DNA from: a virus
Direction: 5' to 3' (one strand)
DNA: 37,490 nucleotides
IMG/VR virus record: IMGVR_UViG_3300045988_166160
This document shows, piece by piece, positions 1 to 10,000 of this stretch (positions are counted from its first letter, which is position 1; each line of letters begins with the position of its first letter). The translations under genes were made by a program, and so were the position numbers. Under the pieces are notes generated by a model, which saw nothing but the letters and a program-made list of their open reading frames with translations, was not told the origin of the DNA and searched no databases.

Positions 1-119
1 ATCGGCAACCTATTCTAAATAACAGTATATGTCCACTTTTATTAATTCCTTAAATGCTCTCTTAACATATTCCTTAAGACACCTTTAGGAGTGCCCTTGT
101 TACCAGCTATTAGATTTAA
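1..119. repeat. Terminal direct repeat; bases 1-119 are identical to 37372-37490 (circular-contig overlap)
   Basis: Manual comparison: atcggcaacctattctaaataacag...ccagctattagatttaa is present at both window ends. The gene at 42-356 runs through it. Confidence 0.95.
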
Positions 120-356
120 TAATTCAATGTCTTCGCTTGTTAATTTAACCTCTAAATTTTCAAGTTTAAGATTTTCTAATCTCTTTTTATTCAATTCTTC
201 TCTTCTTTCATTTTCTTCATTAGCTAAATATCTTTCCTTGCCTTCATCCCATGACTGGATAAGTTTATAAATAGTAATTGCTATAAGACAACTTATAAAC
301 GTAATGGATATCAAAGTTGCTATTGTTTCTACTATACAATTTAAATCAACATACAC
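42..356 (-). CDS. Membrane-anchored coiled-coil protein of unknown function
   Basis: N-terminal hydrophobic helix IVETIATLISITFISCLIAITIYKLI followed by a charged heptad-like region. GTG start preceded by GAGGAGGAAG, overlapping the TAG stop of the upstream ORF by 1 nt (translational coupling). Confidence 0.5.
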   Translation of the reverse strand: MYVDLNCIVETIATLISITFISCLIAITIYKLIQSWDEGKERYLANEENERREELNKKRLENLKLENLEVKLTSEDIELLNLIAGNKGTPKGVLRNMLREHLRN

Positions 357-562
357 TATTCTTCCTCCTCATTAAATTTACTAATAAAAGGTTTATGAAT
401 ACAAAAATATCTAACATAATCACTTACACTCATCCCTCTACTTTTTGCAAGTTGAATTATTTTTTCCTTTTCCCTCTTAGATACTTGTACAGTTAATCTA
501 TATATTTTTAATTCATCTTCGCTCTTTCTTCCCAAAATTTCTTTTTCTTTAAATCCTAACAT
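356..562 (-). CDS. Ribbon-helix-helix (CopG/MobC-like) DNA-binding protein
   Basis: RLTVQVSKREKEKIIQLAKSRGMSVSDYVR fits a beta-strand/helix/helix RHH pattern. Small basic protein next to the partition cassette. Confidence 0.55.
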   Translation of the reverse strand: MLGFKEKEILGRKSEDELKIYRLTVQVSKREKEKIIQLAKSRGMSVSDYVRYFCIHKPFISKFNEEEE

Positions 563-633
563 TTCCTAACCACTCCCCTACTCTCTCCAAATCTAATCGA
601 CCATATATCGGTGATTTACCGAGTACTTTTTGG

Positions 634-706
634 CTATTACCACCACATTACCCCACTATTAGCTTTTCTTATTAATTTTCTAGTAGTGTGGTAATAGTGT
701 GGTATT
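634..706. repeat. Imperfect inverted repeat of TACCAC(A/C)C-type units; candidate centromere (parC-like) or RHH operator
   Basis: Left arm ctattaccaccacattaccccactattag (634-661) and right arm ctagtagtgtggtaatagtgtggtattt (680-706) are about 25 nt imperfect complements. Each arm contains two tandem copies of the GTGGTAAT-like unit. Confidence 0.5.
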
Positions 707-909
707 TATATATCCATTAAATCCTCATAGTCTTCATTTTCTGAGCTTACCTCTGATACAACTTTAATCTCTCCTGGTATTGGTAATAATCCTCTAAGAA
801 CATCTTTTATATATGCAGCAGGATTACTATAGTTTTGTAATTTCTCATAAAGATTCAATTCTTCTTTTCTATTCTTATTAAACTCTAAAGTAATTCTTAA
901 TCTATCCAT
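706..909 (-). CDS. parR: ParR-like ribbon-helix-helix partition adaptor
   Basis: RLRITLEFNKNRKEELNLYEKL...NPAAYIKDVLRGLL fits an RHH pattern. 67 aa with an acidic tail, overlapping the 3' end of parM by 13 nt (coupled). Confidence 0.55.
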   Translation of the reverse strand: MDRLRITLEFNKNRKEELNLYEKLQNYSNPAAYIKDVLRGLLPIPGEIKVVSEVSSENEDYEDLMDI

Positions 910-1799
910 AACTTCTCTCCTACTCTCTTATATCCATTTGCATTTGAAAATAAATTATCTTCTATCATTCTCGCTGATGGATATCTCCTTTTAATAGATT
1001 TAAAAAAGGATCTTCCCCCTCCACCAGTAACTAGGATAGGGCTTGTCCTAACTGGATAACTAATATTTAACTCTTTAAATACTCTTTCAATATTGTTTCT
1101 AATAATATCTTTTATAAATTCAGTATCTTTCTTTTCACCATCAACTTCTAAACCATTTTTTATTATGCCTTCAGCATCTTCAATATTTAATCCTAAAGTA
1201 TATAAGCTATTAATTTCATTAATCATATCATTATAAATGTTAATCATCCCTACATCTAAACTTGTACTTTTAGCAACACTTCTTTTTTTACCAGCTTTAA
1301 GCAATGCTATATCTGTAGTTCTTCCTCCAATATCTAAAACAATTAAATCTTTCTCTATTAACTCTCTTCTCTTATCCACATCTAACGAATAATATGTTGC
1401 AACCCCTTCTGGGAATATTGCTGCATCTTCAATATAAATAGTTCTTTCTACTCCATTTAACTTAAAATTTAGTATTTTATTATCTTCAATTACTTCAATC
1501 ATTTTATCTTTTTTACTTCTATATTGATTTATAGGTAATCCTAGTACTATTCTTACAAATTCTTCTTTGGTACTTAACCCTAAAGCTAAACATAGCATTG
1601 GTAAGAGATTTTCTTTAGATATTTTATCTAAATTAGTATCATAATCACCTTCTCCAATAATTAATATTTCATTGTTAAACTCTAATTGATATCCTGTACT
1701 TATTAAATAATTTTCTCCCCTTGTAATTAATGAAGGTACTATTATCCCCTTACTTGTCTTAATGTTACAATTGCCTAAATCTACGCCTATTGTTTCCAT
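897..1799 (-). CDS. parM: ParM/Alp-family actin-like plasmid segregation ATPase
   Basis: Actin-fold motifs IGVDLGNCNIKT (phosphate 1), VLDIGGRTTDIALL (phosphate 2) and ILVTGGGG (adenosine). The track ORF starts at 1817, but the ATG at 1799 follows GGAGG with 6-nt spacing and is preferred. Confidence 0.85.
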   Translation of the reverse strand: METIGVDLGNCNIKTSKGIIVPSLITRGENYLISTGYQLEFNNEILIIGEGDYDTNLDKISKENLLPMLCLALGLSTKEEFVRIVLGLPINQYRSKKDKMIEVIEDNKILNFKLNGVERTIYIEDAAIFPEGVATYYSLDVDKRRELIEKDLIVLDIGGRTTDIALLKAGKKRSVAKSTSLDVGMINIYNDMINEINSLYTLGLNIEDAEGIIKNGLEVDGEKKDTEFIKDIIRNNIERVFKELNISYPVRTSPILVTGGGGRSFFKSIKRRYPSARMIEDNLFSNANGYKRVGEKLWID

Positions 1800-1933
1800 A
1801 TTATCCTCCAAATACATTATTTAAGGCTACTTTGTTGCCCTTTGTTATATATGTATTCATGAGTATAAATTATATTCCTATTTATGAATTAATTTTATAA
1901 ACAAGAATTATTCTTATAAAAAGAAAAAGGCCC

Positions 1934-2134
1934 TTAATCTTCAAGGTACCATATATCTTCTACCTTTAGATTAAGAGCCTTACTAATTTTTAATATTGTT
2001 TCTATATTACCCTGCTGCTTATTAGTTTCTATTTGACTATAAGTGCTTGGACTTATTCTAATCATCTTACAAAACTCATTTGAGTTCATCATATATTTTG
2101 TCATTCTAATCTCTTTTAATTTATTTTTAACCAT
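1934..2134 (-). CDS. XRE-family helix-turn-helix transcriptional regulator
   Basis: KLKEIRMTKYMMNSNEFCKMIRISPSTYSQIETNKQQGNIETILKISKALNLKVEDIW is a typical Cro/C1-type HTH. The ATG at 2134 follows AGAGGTG; the track start is a GTG at 2143. Confidence 0.8.
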   Translation of the reverse strand: MVKNKLKEIRMTKYMMNSNEFCKMIRISPSTYSQIETNKQQGNIETILKISKALNLKVEDIWYLED

Positions 2135-2240
2135 AACCAACACCTCTAATTATTTTATTCTATGAAATATTTATTTTTCCTTTTATCGGTGATAATTTAG
2201 ATGAGTAATAAATGAAAAAGTAGATGGTCATATATAAAAT

Positions 2241-2287
2241 AAAAAAAGGCTAGTAAGTAAGATTTTATATATCCTACCTACTAGCCT
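2241..2287 (-). terminator. Rho-independent terminator ending the late (lysis) operon
   Basis: 13-bp stem aggctagtaagta / tacctactagcct (1 mismatch), followed on the minus strand by a run of 7 T (a-run 2241-2247), just after the endolysin stop. Confidence 0.75.
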
Positions 2288-2294
2288 TAAATAA

Positions 2295-3182
2295 TTATAA
2301 ATTTAATAATTTTCTCCAAGTATTTTGACCAACAATTCCATCAACTGATAAACATCTAGTCTTTTGAAATTCTCTTACAGCAGAATAAGTACCACTACCA
2401 AAGATACCATCTACCCCGTTAGTAGAATATCCTAATGTAACAAGTTTTTCTTGTAATAGTTTAGTAATATTACCACTTGCACCTTTCTTAAGTGTAGGGC
2501 AACCAGCTAATGTTGCTAGTCCAGCTATTCCATCTACTTTTTGTTTGCTGTAACCTTGATTATTACATTCCTGTTGTAATCTTCTAACCCAATCGTTGCC
2601 TGTATTTACTGTAGTAGATTGAGTTTGAGATGTAGATGATGTATTTGTATCTACTGCTAGAGAACTAGATATATGATTATCTAATGCATCTACTATAGCC
2701 TTTGCGATTTTCTTATATCCAACTTCAAGATATTTATTTGCATCTTCTGTATCAACAAAGCAAACTTCTATTAACATAGATTTAGCTCTTGTTCTTCTGA
2801 TTACATAAAATCCTGTACCAGCTTTAACCCCTCTGTTATTAAATCCTAATGCAGATATATTGTTACAAACATCTATTGCATCTTGATATTGTCTACCTTC
2901 GTAAGTGTACACCTCAACACCTTGTCCACCTCCTGCATTAAAATGAATTGCAATAAACCAGTCTAAATCTTCTCTATTTGCTTGTTGCACTACTAAAGAT
3001 AAACTTTCATTTGTAGTTGCCGCATAATCAACAGTACAGTTATAAACAGTATTTCCTCTTTCCTTTAATAATCTTCTTACTTCTTCTCCAACTAATCTAG
3101 TATGCTCTCCTTCTTTTATAATTCCTACTGCTCCAGTTCCAGCACCTCTTAAAGTATGTCCATCATTTACTCCAATTTTCAT
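2295..3182 (-). CDS. Endolysin: N-acetylmuramoyl-L-alanine amidase (Amidase_3-like) with two C-terminal PG_binding_1-like repeats
   Basis: MKIGVNDGHTLRGAGTGAVG...IAIHFNAGGGQGVEVY is amidase_3-like. The C-terminus has VDGIAGLATL and VDGIFGSGTYSAVREFQ...VDGIVGQNTWRKLL peptidoglycan-binding repeats. It lies downstream of the holin. Confidence 0.9.
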   Translation of the reverse strand: MKIGVNDGHTLRGAGTGAVGIIKEGEHTRLVGEEVRRLLKERGNTVYNCTVDYAATTNESLSLVVQQANREDLDWFIAIHFNAGGGQGVEVYTYEGRQYQDAIDVCNNISALGFNNRGVKAGTGFYVIRRTRAKSMLIEVCFVDTEDANKYLEVGYKKIAKAIVDALDNHISSSLAVDTNTSSTSQTQSTTVNTGNDWVRRLQQECNNQGYSKQKVDGIAGLATLAGCPTLKKGASGNITKLLQEKLVTLGYSTNGVDGIFGSGTYSAVREFQKTRCLSVDGIVGQNTWRKLLNL

Positions 3183-3231
3183 TTTAATTCCTTCTTTCTT
3201 AATATATTTTTATAAAATTAAAAGATCATGA

Positions 3232-3606
3232 TTACTCACGATCTTCTTTATCTGAATTAAATATTTCTAATTTATCTTTTATAATGTTTGGTAGTTCAAC
3301 TCCACACTCTGCTAAATTCTCACATATTGAACCAGCTTCTTTATATATAAATAATCCTAATGTTGCATAGCTTATTAAAAAATTTAATCCTAATAAAATA
3401 TCTAGCCCCATAACAAATACTAATGCTATAAATTCAGCTATCCATCTTATAATTCCATCTCTCATTATTCTGCTTTTATAACTATTTTTATTTTTCCAAG
3501 TTTTTAATAACCCTGTTCCAAAGTCTGTTCCTTTAGATAGTAAATAAAATAAGAACAACCCCAATACTCCAGTTGGTAATAAACTTAATAAACCTTCTTC
3601 AAACAT
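3232..3606 (-). CDS. Holin (phage_holin_4_1 / TcdE-like family)
   Basis: Three hydrophobic helices and the C-terminal YKEAGSICENLAECGVELPNIIKDKLE, which resembles the ES.SI.EN...G.P motif of this holin family. Directly upstream of the endolysin. Confidence 0.8.
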   Translation of the reverse strand: MFEEGLLSLLPTGVLGLFLFYLLSKGTDFGTGLLKTWKNKNSYKSRIMRDGIIRWIAEFIALVFVMGLDILLGLNFLISYATLGLFIYKEAGSICENLAECGVELPNIIKDKLEIFNSDKEDRE

Positions 3607-3797
3607 TTTTCTTCCTCTTTTCTACAATCACTTGAAATTTTAAATATAAAAAAAGAACCTTTAGGCTCCTAATTTTTTCTATGAATATATTTGATATTTT
3701 CTCACAAGATATTATTGTGAACTATTTCACCCTATGTAAGAGAATAAGATACCTCCTGACAATAGGTTCTACTTAATGACTTATTCTCTTATTAAAC

Positions 3798-4010
3798 TTA
3801 CTTTATTCTTTCTTTTATCTTTTCTTCTAACCTTGAAACTAAATTATTAGTTTCACTATCTAACACAACAAAACTCTCTTTATTATTACTAGATACTATA
3901 GTTCCTAATTCATCTACTTCTCTTGTAGTATAAGCTATTCTATTCCCTACATTATCTTTTATTACTGCAAATCCAGTTAATATCTTTATAGTTTTACTCA
4001 TCTTCTTCAT
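3798..4010 (-). CDS. Small hypothetical protein downstream of the tail fibre
   Basis: ORF overlaps the tail fibre stop by 17 nt (coupled). No recognisable motif. Confidence 0.4.
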   Translation of the reverse strand: MKKMSKTIKILTGFAVIKDNVGNRIAYTTREVDELGTIVSSNNKESFVVLDSETNNLVSRLEEKIKERIK

Positions 4011-7000
4011 GCTCCTTTAATAATAAATTTTCTAATTCAAATGTTAATTCTTTCATTAAATCTTCTTCGTCAGTTTCTATTTCATTTTCAAAACTAAATA
4101 TGTCAATTTCATCACCTTGTGTTTCTATATCTGGCAGATCTAATCTATTAATTTCATATCCTTTCCTTTTTGCTTTTAATTCCCAACTAAAACTTGTTCC
4201 TGGTTCTCCTTTAACTATGAAATACGTTCTATATCTTTCTATAGATGTTATTTTCCCATTATATATTTGAGTGAAAACATGATAAGCTAAATTTGTGTTT
4301 ACACATTCTAAAAATATATCATCTATTTCAAGATAACATTCTCCATCTTCATTTATTCTTCCAAAACCTAAATCTCCAAAGTAATATTCAGCAGTTTCAT
4401 AAGCATTTATAAGCCTTGAACCATAATTTTTAGTTTCTTGCAAACAGTTCTTACTTCCATTTACACTTAATGATTTAGCAACTATATTAGCATTATGAAA
4501 AGTCCATCCATTGAAATTATAATTACCCCAACTAATTAGATTGTCCCCTGTTCCTGGATGGGAAGCTTCAGAAACTAGAAATCTTGCATTAAAACTTTCC
4601 CCTGATTTATATCCAAGAACAGCTCCATTATCTCCATACATACCTAATAAATTATTTATTGTACCAGTTCCATTATTCCAAGATATTGCACCATCTATTT
4701 CTGATAAGAAATTTGTACCAGAATATAGTTTAAGCCTTTTATTTATATACATAGGTGCATATACATTAATACCTTTTTTATAAGCTACACCATCTACAAT
4801 TTGATCACTACTCCAAAAATCCATAAAATTATATTGAGTATTGCTAGATGACCATCCTGTTGTTAAATCAGCTTTGTCAATATGTGAAATTCTTATATAA
4901 TCCCCATATTTGGCTAAAGAAAGATTAACTCCATTTATATCTCTATTTTCATTAAAATAAGATATTGCTATTCTTAGCATCTGCTCATTCTTTTGTGAAT
5001 CCTGAAAGGTAATTCCTCCAGAATCTAATCCAACCCATCTAGCTCCAGACTGACTTTTTGCTGTTCCAGTAAAAATTAAATTCCCATTAGTATCACTGTT
5101 TAAAACAGTTGTTCCAGCTTTATTTTGAATTGTTAATCCACCATTTTTTATGGTGAGTCCATTCTTATCCATTACAAATTGAGTTGTGCTTATAGACGAA
5201 GTTCCTCCACTTATTGCACTGCTTATTGTAGTAGTAAGAGAAGTTGCTGTTAATTTGCTTTCAGCAGTAGAAACTCTATTTGTTAAACCACTTATATTAT
5301 TATTAATAGTTGTTATCTTTGATTCTGTAGTGCTTACTTTTTGAGAAATACTATCTGTTGTAGCTTTTATTTCTGATACTTTATTAGTTATAGTTTTATT
5401 TACAGTTGTTATTTGTCCATCTGTATAACTTTTGGCACTATTTATAGCATTAGCTTTAGCTGTATTTATTTTACTTTCAACATTTGTTTTAGTTTCATAA
5501 GTTCCTGAAACAGATAAATTTATACTATCTTTAGCAACATTAATTGCTGAATCTGTTTGAACCTTTGTGTATACTTCTGATTTGGTATACACATCAGTTT
5601 TATTTGCTTTTGAATCAATTACTGAATCAATATCTTCAGGTGCTGGTGTCCAATCTGTACATTTAGTTCCTTCTTCAATTTGTACCTTGGATATATAAAC
5701 AGTATTAGTGTTAATACCATACACAAAAGGCTTCATATAATAAACATCTTGTGTATTTGGTGTTTCAAATACAACCCAAACTTTTGTCCATTTATTTGCT
5801 TCTAAGTTTCCGCTTGCAGAAATAACTTTTTCTAAATGCTGTCCACCTGTTTCAGAAGTGTTTAACCACATGTGTAGTGGATTAGAACTATTTACTATCA
5901 TACTTCCACTAGACTTCATCATCATGCTATACACATAAGTTGTATTTCTTTTTAATTTGATAAATGAATTATATTGAATACCTGAATAACCAGTAACTTT
6001 TATAGTTTTTGTACCATCAATAAAAGTTCCTTCTACCTTGCCAATTCCACCACCATTGCCTATCCAATTACCTAAACCATATTGGTATATATCACTTTTA
6101 AGAAATAAATTTCTTCCACCAACTTGCACATTGTTTACAGCAGTTGAAATCTTATTTTCAACATTAGTCTTAGTTTCATAAGTGTTCTTTACACCAAGGT
6201 TGATTTCATCTTTAGCTACTTTTATTGCTGAATCAGTTTGAGCCTTTGTGTAAGTTTCAGATTTAGTGTATACATCAGTAGAATTTGCTTTTTTACTAAT
6301 AGCTGTATTTAATTCATTCTTAGCTGAATTAACTTTATTTGTTGCATCTGTTGATGCTGTTGAAATAGCTTCTTGTTTTTTAGTATCAGCATAACTTTTT
6401 GCTGAATTTAAAGTTGTTGTATTTGCAGAACTTATCTTTGTTTCTACATTAGATTTAGTTTCATAAGTTTGGCTTACTCCTAGATTAATAGAATCTTTAG
6501 CAACATTGATTGCAGAATCAGTTTGTGACTTAGTATATACTTCTGATTTACTGTACACATCTGTTTTTTCAGCTTTTAGGTCAATAGATGCTTGAACATC
6601 TTCAGTAGCTGGTGACCAAGAAGTTGCTTTTGTTCCTTCTGTAATAACAAGGTTTCTAAATATATAAGTAACCCCTGTTCCTGAATTCATACCATTTAAA
6701 TATAATACTTGTGAAATACTTGAAGGCAATGTTGACAATGTTGTTATAGTAGCACTAAGTTTTGTCCATGTATTTGCAACAGTATTTCCTGTTTTAGTAT
6801 CTCCAGTTAGTGGATTACTACTATTCCCTTCTTTTAGTCCTACATAAAAGGATGTTACAACAGAAGCTTTAACTTCAAATGAAACAGTATATTTTCTATT
6901 AGGAAGATACTTATTTCTCCCTATTCTACTATACTTAATAAAACTCCAACCAGTTGAAGCAACTGAATCTCTAACCATCTTACAACATCTAATGCCATTT

Positions 7001-10000
7001 TCAGTAACTTCTGTAATGGTTTTTCCACCTGTTTGTAAGCCCCATTCCCAACCTGTTACTCCTTTATTAGTTTCTGTTGCAATATTAGTTCCACCAACCT
7101 GAATTCCATCAATCTTATTTGTTAATGTTGTTGTAACATTTGAAAGTTTATTTTCAACATTAGTTTTAGTTTCATATTTATTAGACACACCAAGATTAAT
7201 TTCATCTTTAGCAACCTTAATAGCAGAATCAGTTTCAGATTTAGTGTAAGTTTCAGATTTCTTATATACATCAACTATATTAGCCTTTTTATCTATAGCT
7301 AAATCAACATCTTCAGGTGCTGGTATCCAATCTGTACATTTAGTTCCTTCTTCAATTTGTACCTTGGATATATAAACAGTATTAGTATTAATACCATACA
7401 CAAAAGGCTTCATATAATAAACATCTTGTGTATTTGGTGTTTCAAATACAACCCAAACTTTTGTCCATTTATTTGCTTCTAATTTTCCACTTGCAGAAAT
7501 AACTTTTTCTAAATGATGTCCACCTGTTTCAGAAGTGTTTAACCACATGTGTAGTGGATTAGAACTATTTACTATCATACTTCCACTAGACTTCATCATC
7601 ATGCTATATACATAAGTTGTATTTCTTTTTAATTTGATAAATGAATTATATTGAATACCTGAAGATCCAGTAACTTTTATAGTTTTTGTACCATCAATAA
7701 AAGTTCCTTCTACATTGCCAATCCCACCACCATTACCTATCCAATTACCTAAACCATATTGGTCTATATTACTTTTAAGAAATAAATTTCTTCCACCTAT
7801 TTCAATAGAATCAATTTTACCAATTAACTCATTTTTCATAGTAGTTAATTCAGTTGAGTTAACTTTTAATGTTATTTGATTTTTTAACTGCTCAATACTT
7901 GATCCTTGTGTAGATACTTTAGAGTTTAATCCATCTATTAAATTAGTATGACTACTAACTGTACTCTTAGTTCCTTCAAGATCTCTTTGAATACTATTAA
8001 CTTTAGTATCAACACTTGTAATATTACCTGTTAATTCATTTATCTTTGTTGTATGTGTTCCTATTGTACTATTAATAGAATCAACTTTAGAAACAGTTCT
8101 ATTATAATCATCTTTAAGTAAAATAGTTTTCCCATCTTTAACTATTTGAGTATTATTAATAGCTGTATTTATTTGTCCTTGCATTACTCCTATTGTAGTA
8201 GAATGATTTTCTATTAATAACTTAGCATTATCAGCCTGATTTTTAAGAGAATTAAAAGCTACTTCTAAGCTTTGTCCTACAAAATCTATTGCCACTTTAC
8301 TAGCTTTAATTAACTTTGTATTAGTATCTTTGTTAAGACCAGTAATAAGAGAACTATAGTTTATTTGCTTTTCTCCTATAGCATCTGTAGCAACCATATT
8401 CCCTTTTATTAGATTATCAGCTATAGCCTTTTCCTTAATTCCAGTATGGTATATAAGTGTTGTAGTACCATCTTCTCCACGCAAAATAAAGTTAAAATTC
8501 CCCTTGGCATCTTGTCCCATCTGAATTCTAACTTTATTATTTTTATCTTTAAATTGTTGAGTAGCTCCTACAATTTCAATTCCACCATTATCACTTACTA
8601 TTCTAAATTTATTAGTAGAAATATTACCAGCATTAATTTTAGAAACATCTAAATTAGCTATCATGGCATTAGTAATAAATCCATTTGCTATTGTTAACTT
8701 ATCACTTGTTATTCCTCCAGCTTGAATATTTTCACTTGATAAGTTCCCATTTACAAGTGTTTTTATATTTGCTAGTTCAGAGTTAATTATATTAATATTA
8801 CCAACAACTGCATTTAATTCTGTTATATCTGCTTTATTTATTAATGCATTATTAATTTTCACATCATTTGCTATTAAATTTTGTATATTAGCATTAATTG
8901 CGTTTAAATCTGATATATGAGCAACATCAATTATAGCTTCTTCAATTTTCGCAGTTTTAGCTTCTAATATTTGAGTTCTAATAGATACTGCTTCTACATC
9001 TTTAATGTTAGCTTTTTCTATTAATGCTTCTTTAATTATTGCTTGTTCTATTACAGCTCTATTAACTTTGTTTGTAGTACTCCCAGAACTTGAAAAATTA
9101 TTTTTATTTTTACTTTCTCCCTTTGCTCCTATTTCAGAAGTAAGTCCACCAGTATAACTAATCTTTTGACTTAATATAGGTATCTTTCTTATAACGTTTT
9201 TTATATCTGTTACAGTTACAATATCGTAAGGATCTAAGGATAAATCTCCTTGCCATTTCATAGAATAACCTAAATAAGATAATCCATTTAACTTATTATA
9301 TAAATCATTTAATATAGTTTCAGTTACCCAAGGATTTTCAAATCCCAACTCCATAGAATCAGTTCCAGTTGAGCCTTTATATAAAATATTATTTTCATCT
9401 ATTTGGCAAGAAATTTTACCTATTTTATATTTCACTTCTTCTCTCTTATAATCAAAATAATTATTGCCATCTATGGATTTTTTAATTTCACTTAAACTTT
9501 TAATAGTAAACTTACCATCTCTAGTTATAACAGCATTACCACCACAAATACTTGCTACATACGAAAGAACTTCTCTACAAGTAAAGCCTTCCAACTTACT
9601 CACTGTGTAATTTGGAAGGTTTCCTATAAATTCTATTCCTGTTATTTTAGATAGCTCATTAACTACTTGTTTTAATGTTGGCTTATCTCCTAAACTAGAG
9701 AAATAAGGAGTTTCAAACTTTATCATGTTATCATAGGCTGTAAATTTAGTTGTATAGTCAGTTTTTTCAATATCATCTATATTGAATATACCCATTAATA
9801 TATATTCTATTGTAGAGCCTATTTTTAATCCTATTTCAACTTTAATTTGGCTTGTACTATAAATAATATCTCCTCTATTTAGTAAAGTTAAGTCTAAGCT
9901 TTGAGATATTGTATCACCTATACTAAAACCTTCTTGTGGTTGAGTATGCTCTAGAGTTAAATTAACTAACTCATCATTATTATAAATATTATTTCCTATT

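Noticed and set aside
3737-3791. 12-bp-stem hairpin (taagagaataag ... cttattctctta) with a 31-nt loop after ORF 3798-4010
   Set aside because: No T-run follows on the transcribed strand and the loop is large. The SD-like GGAGG in the loop is not followed by a start codon. There is not enough evidence to call it a terminator or riboregulator.
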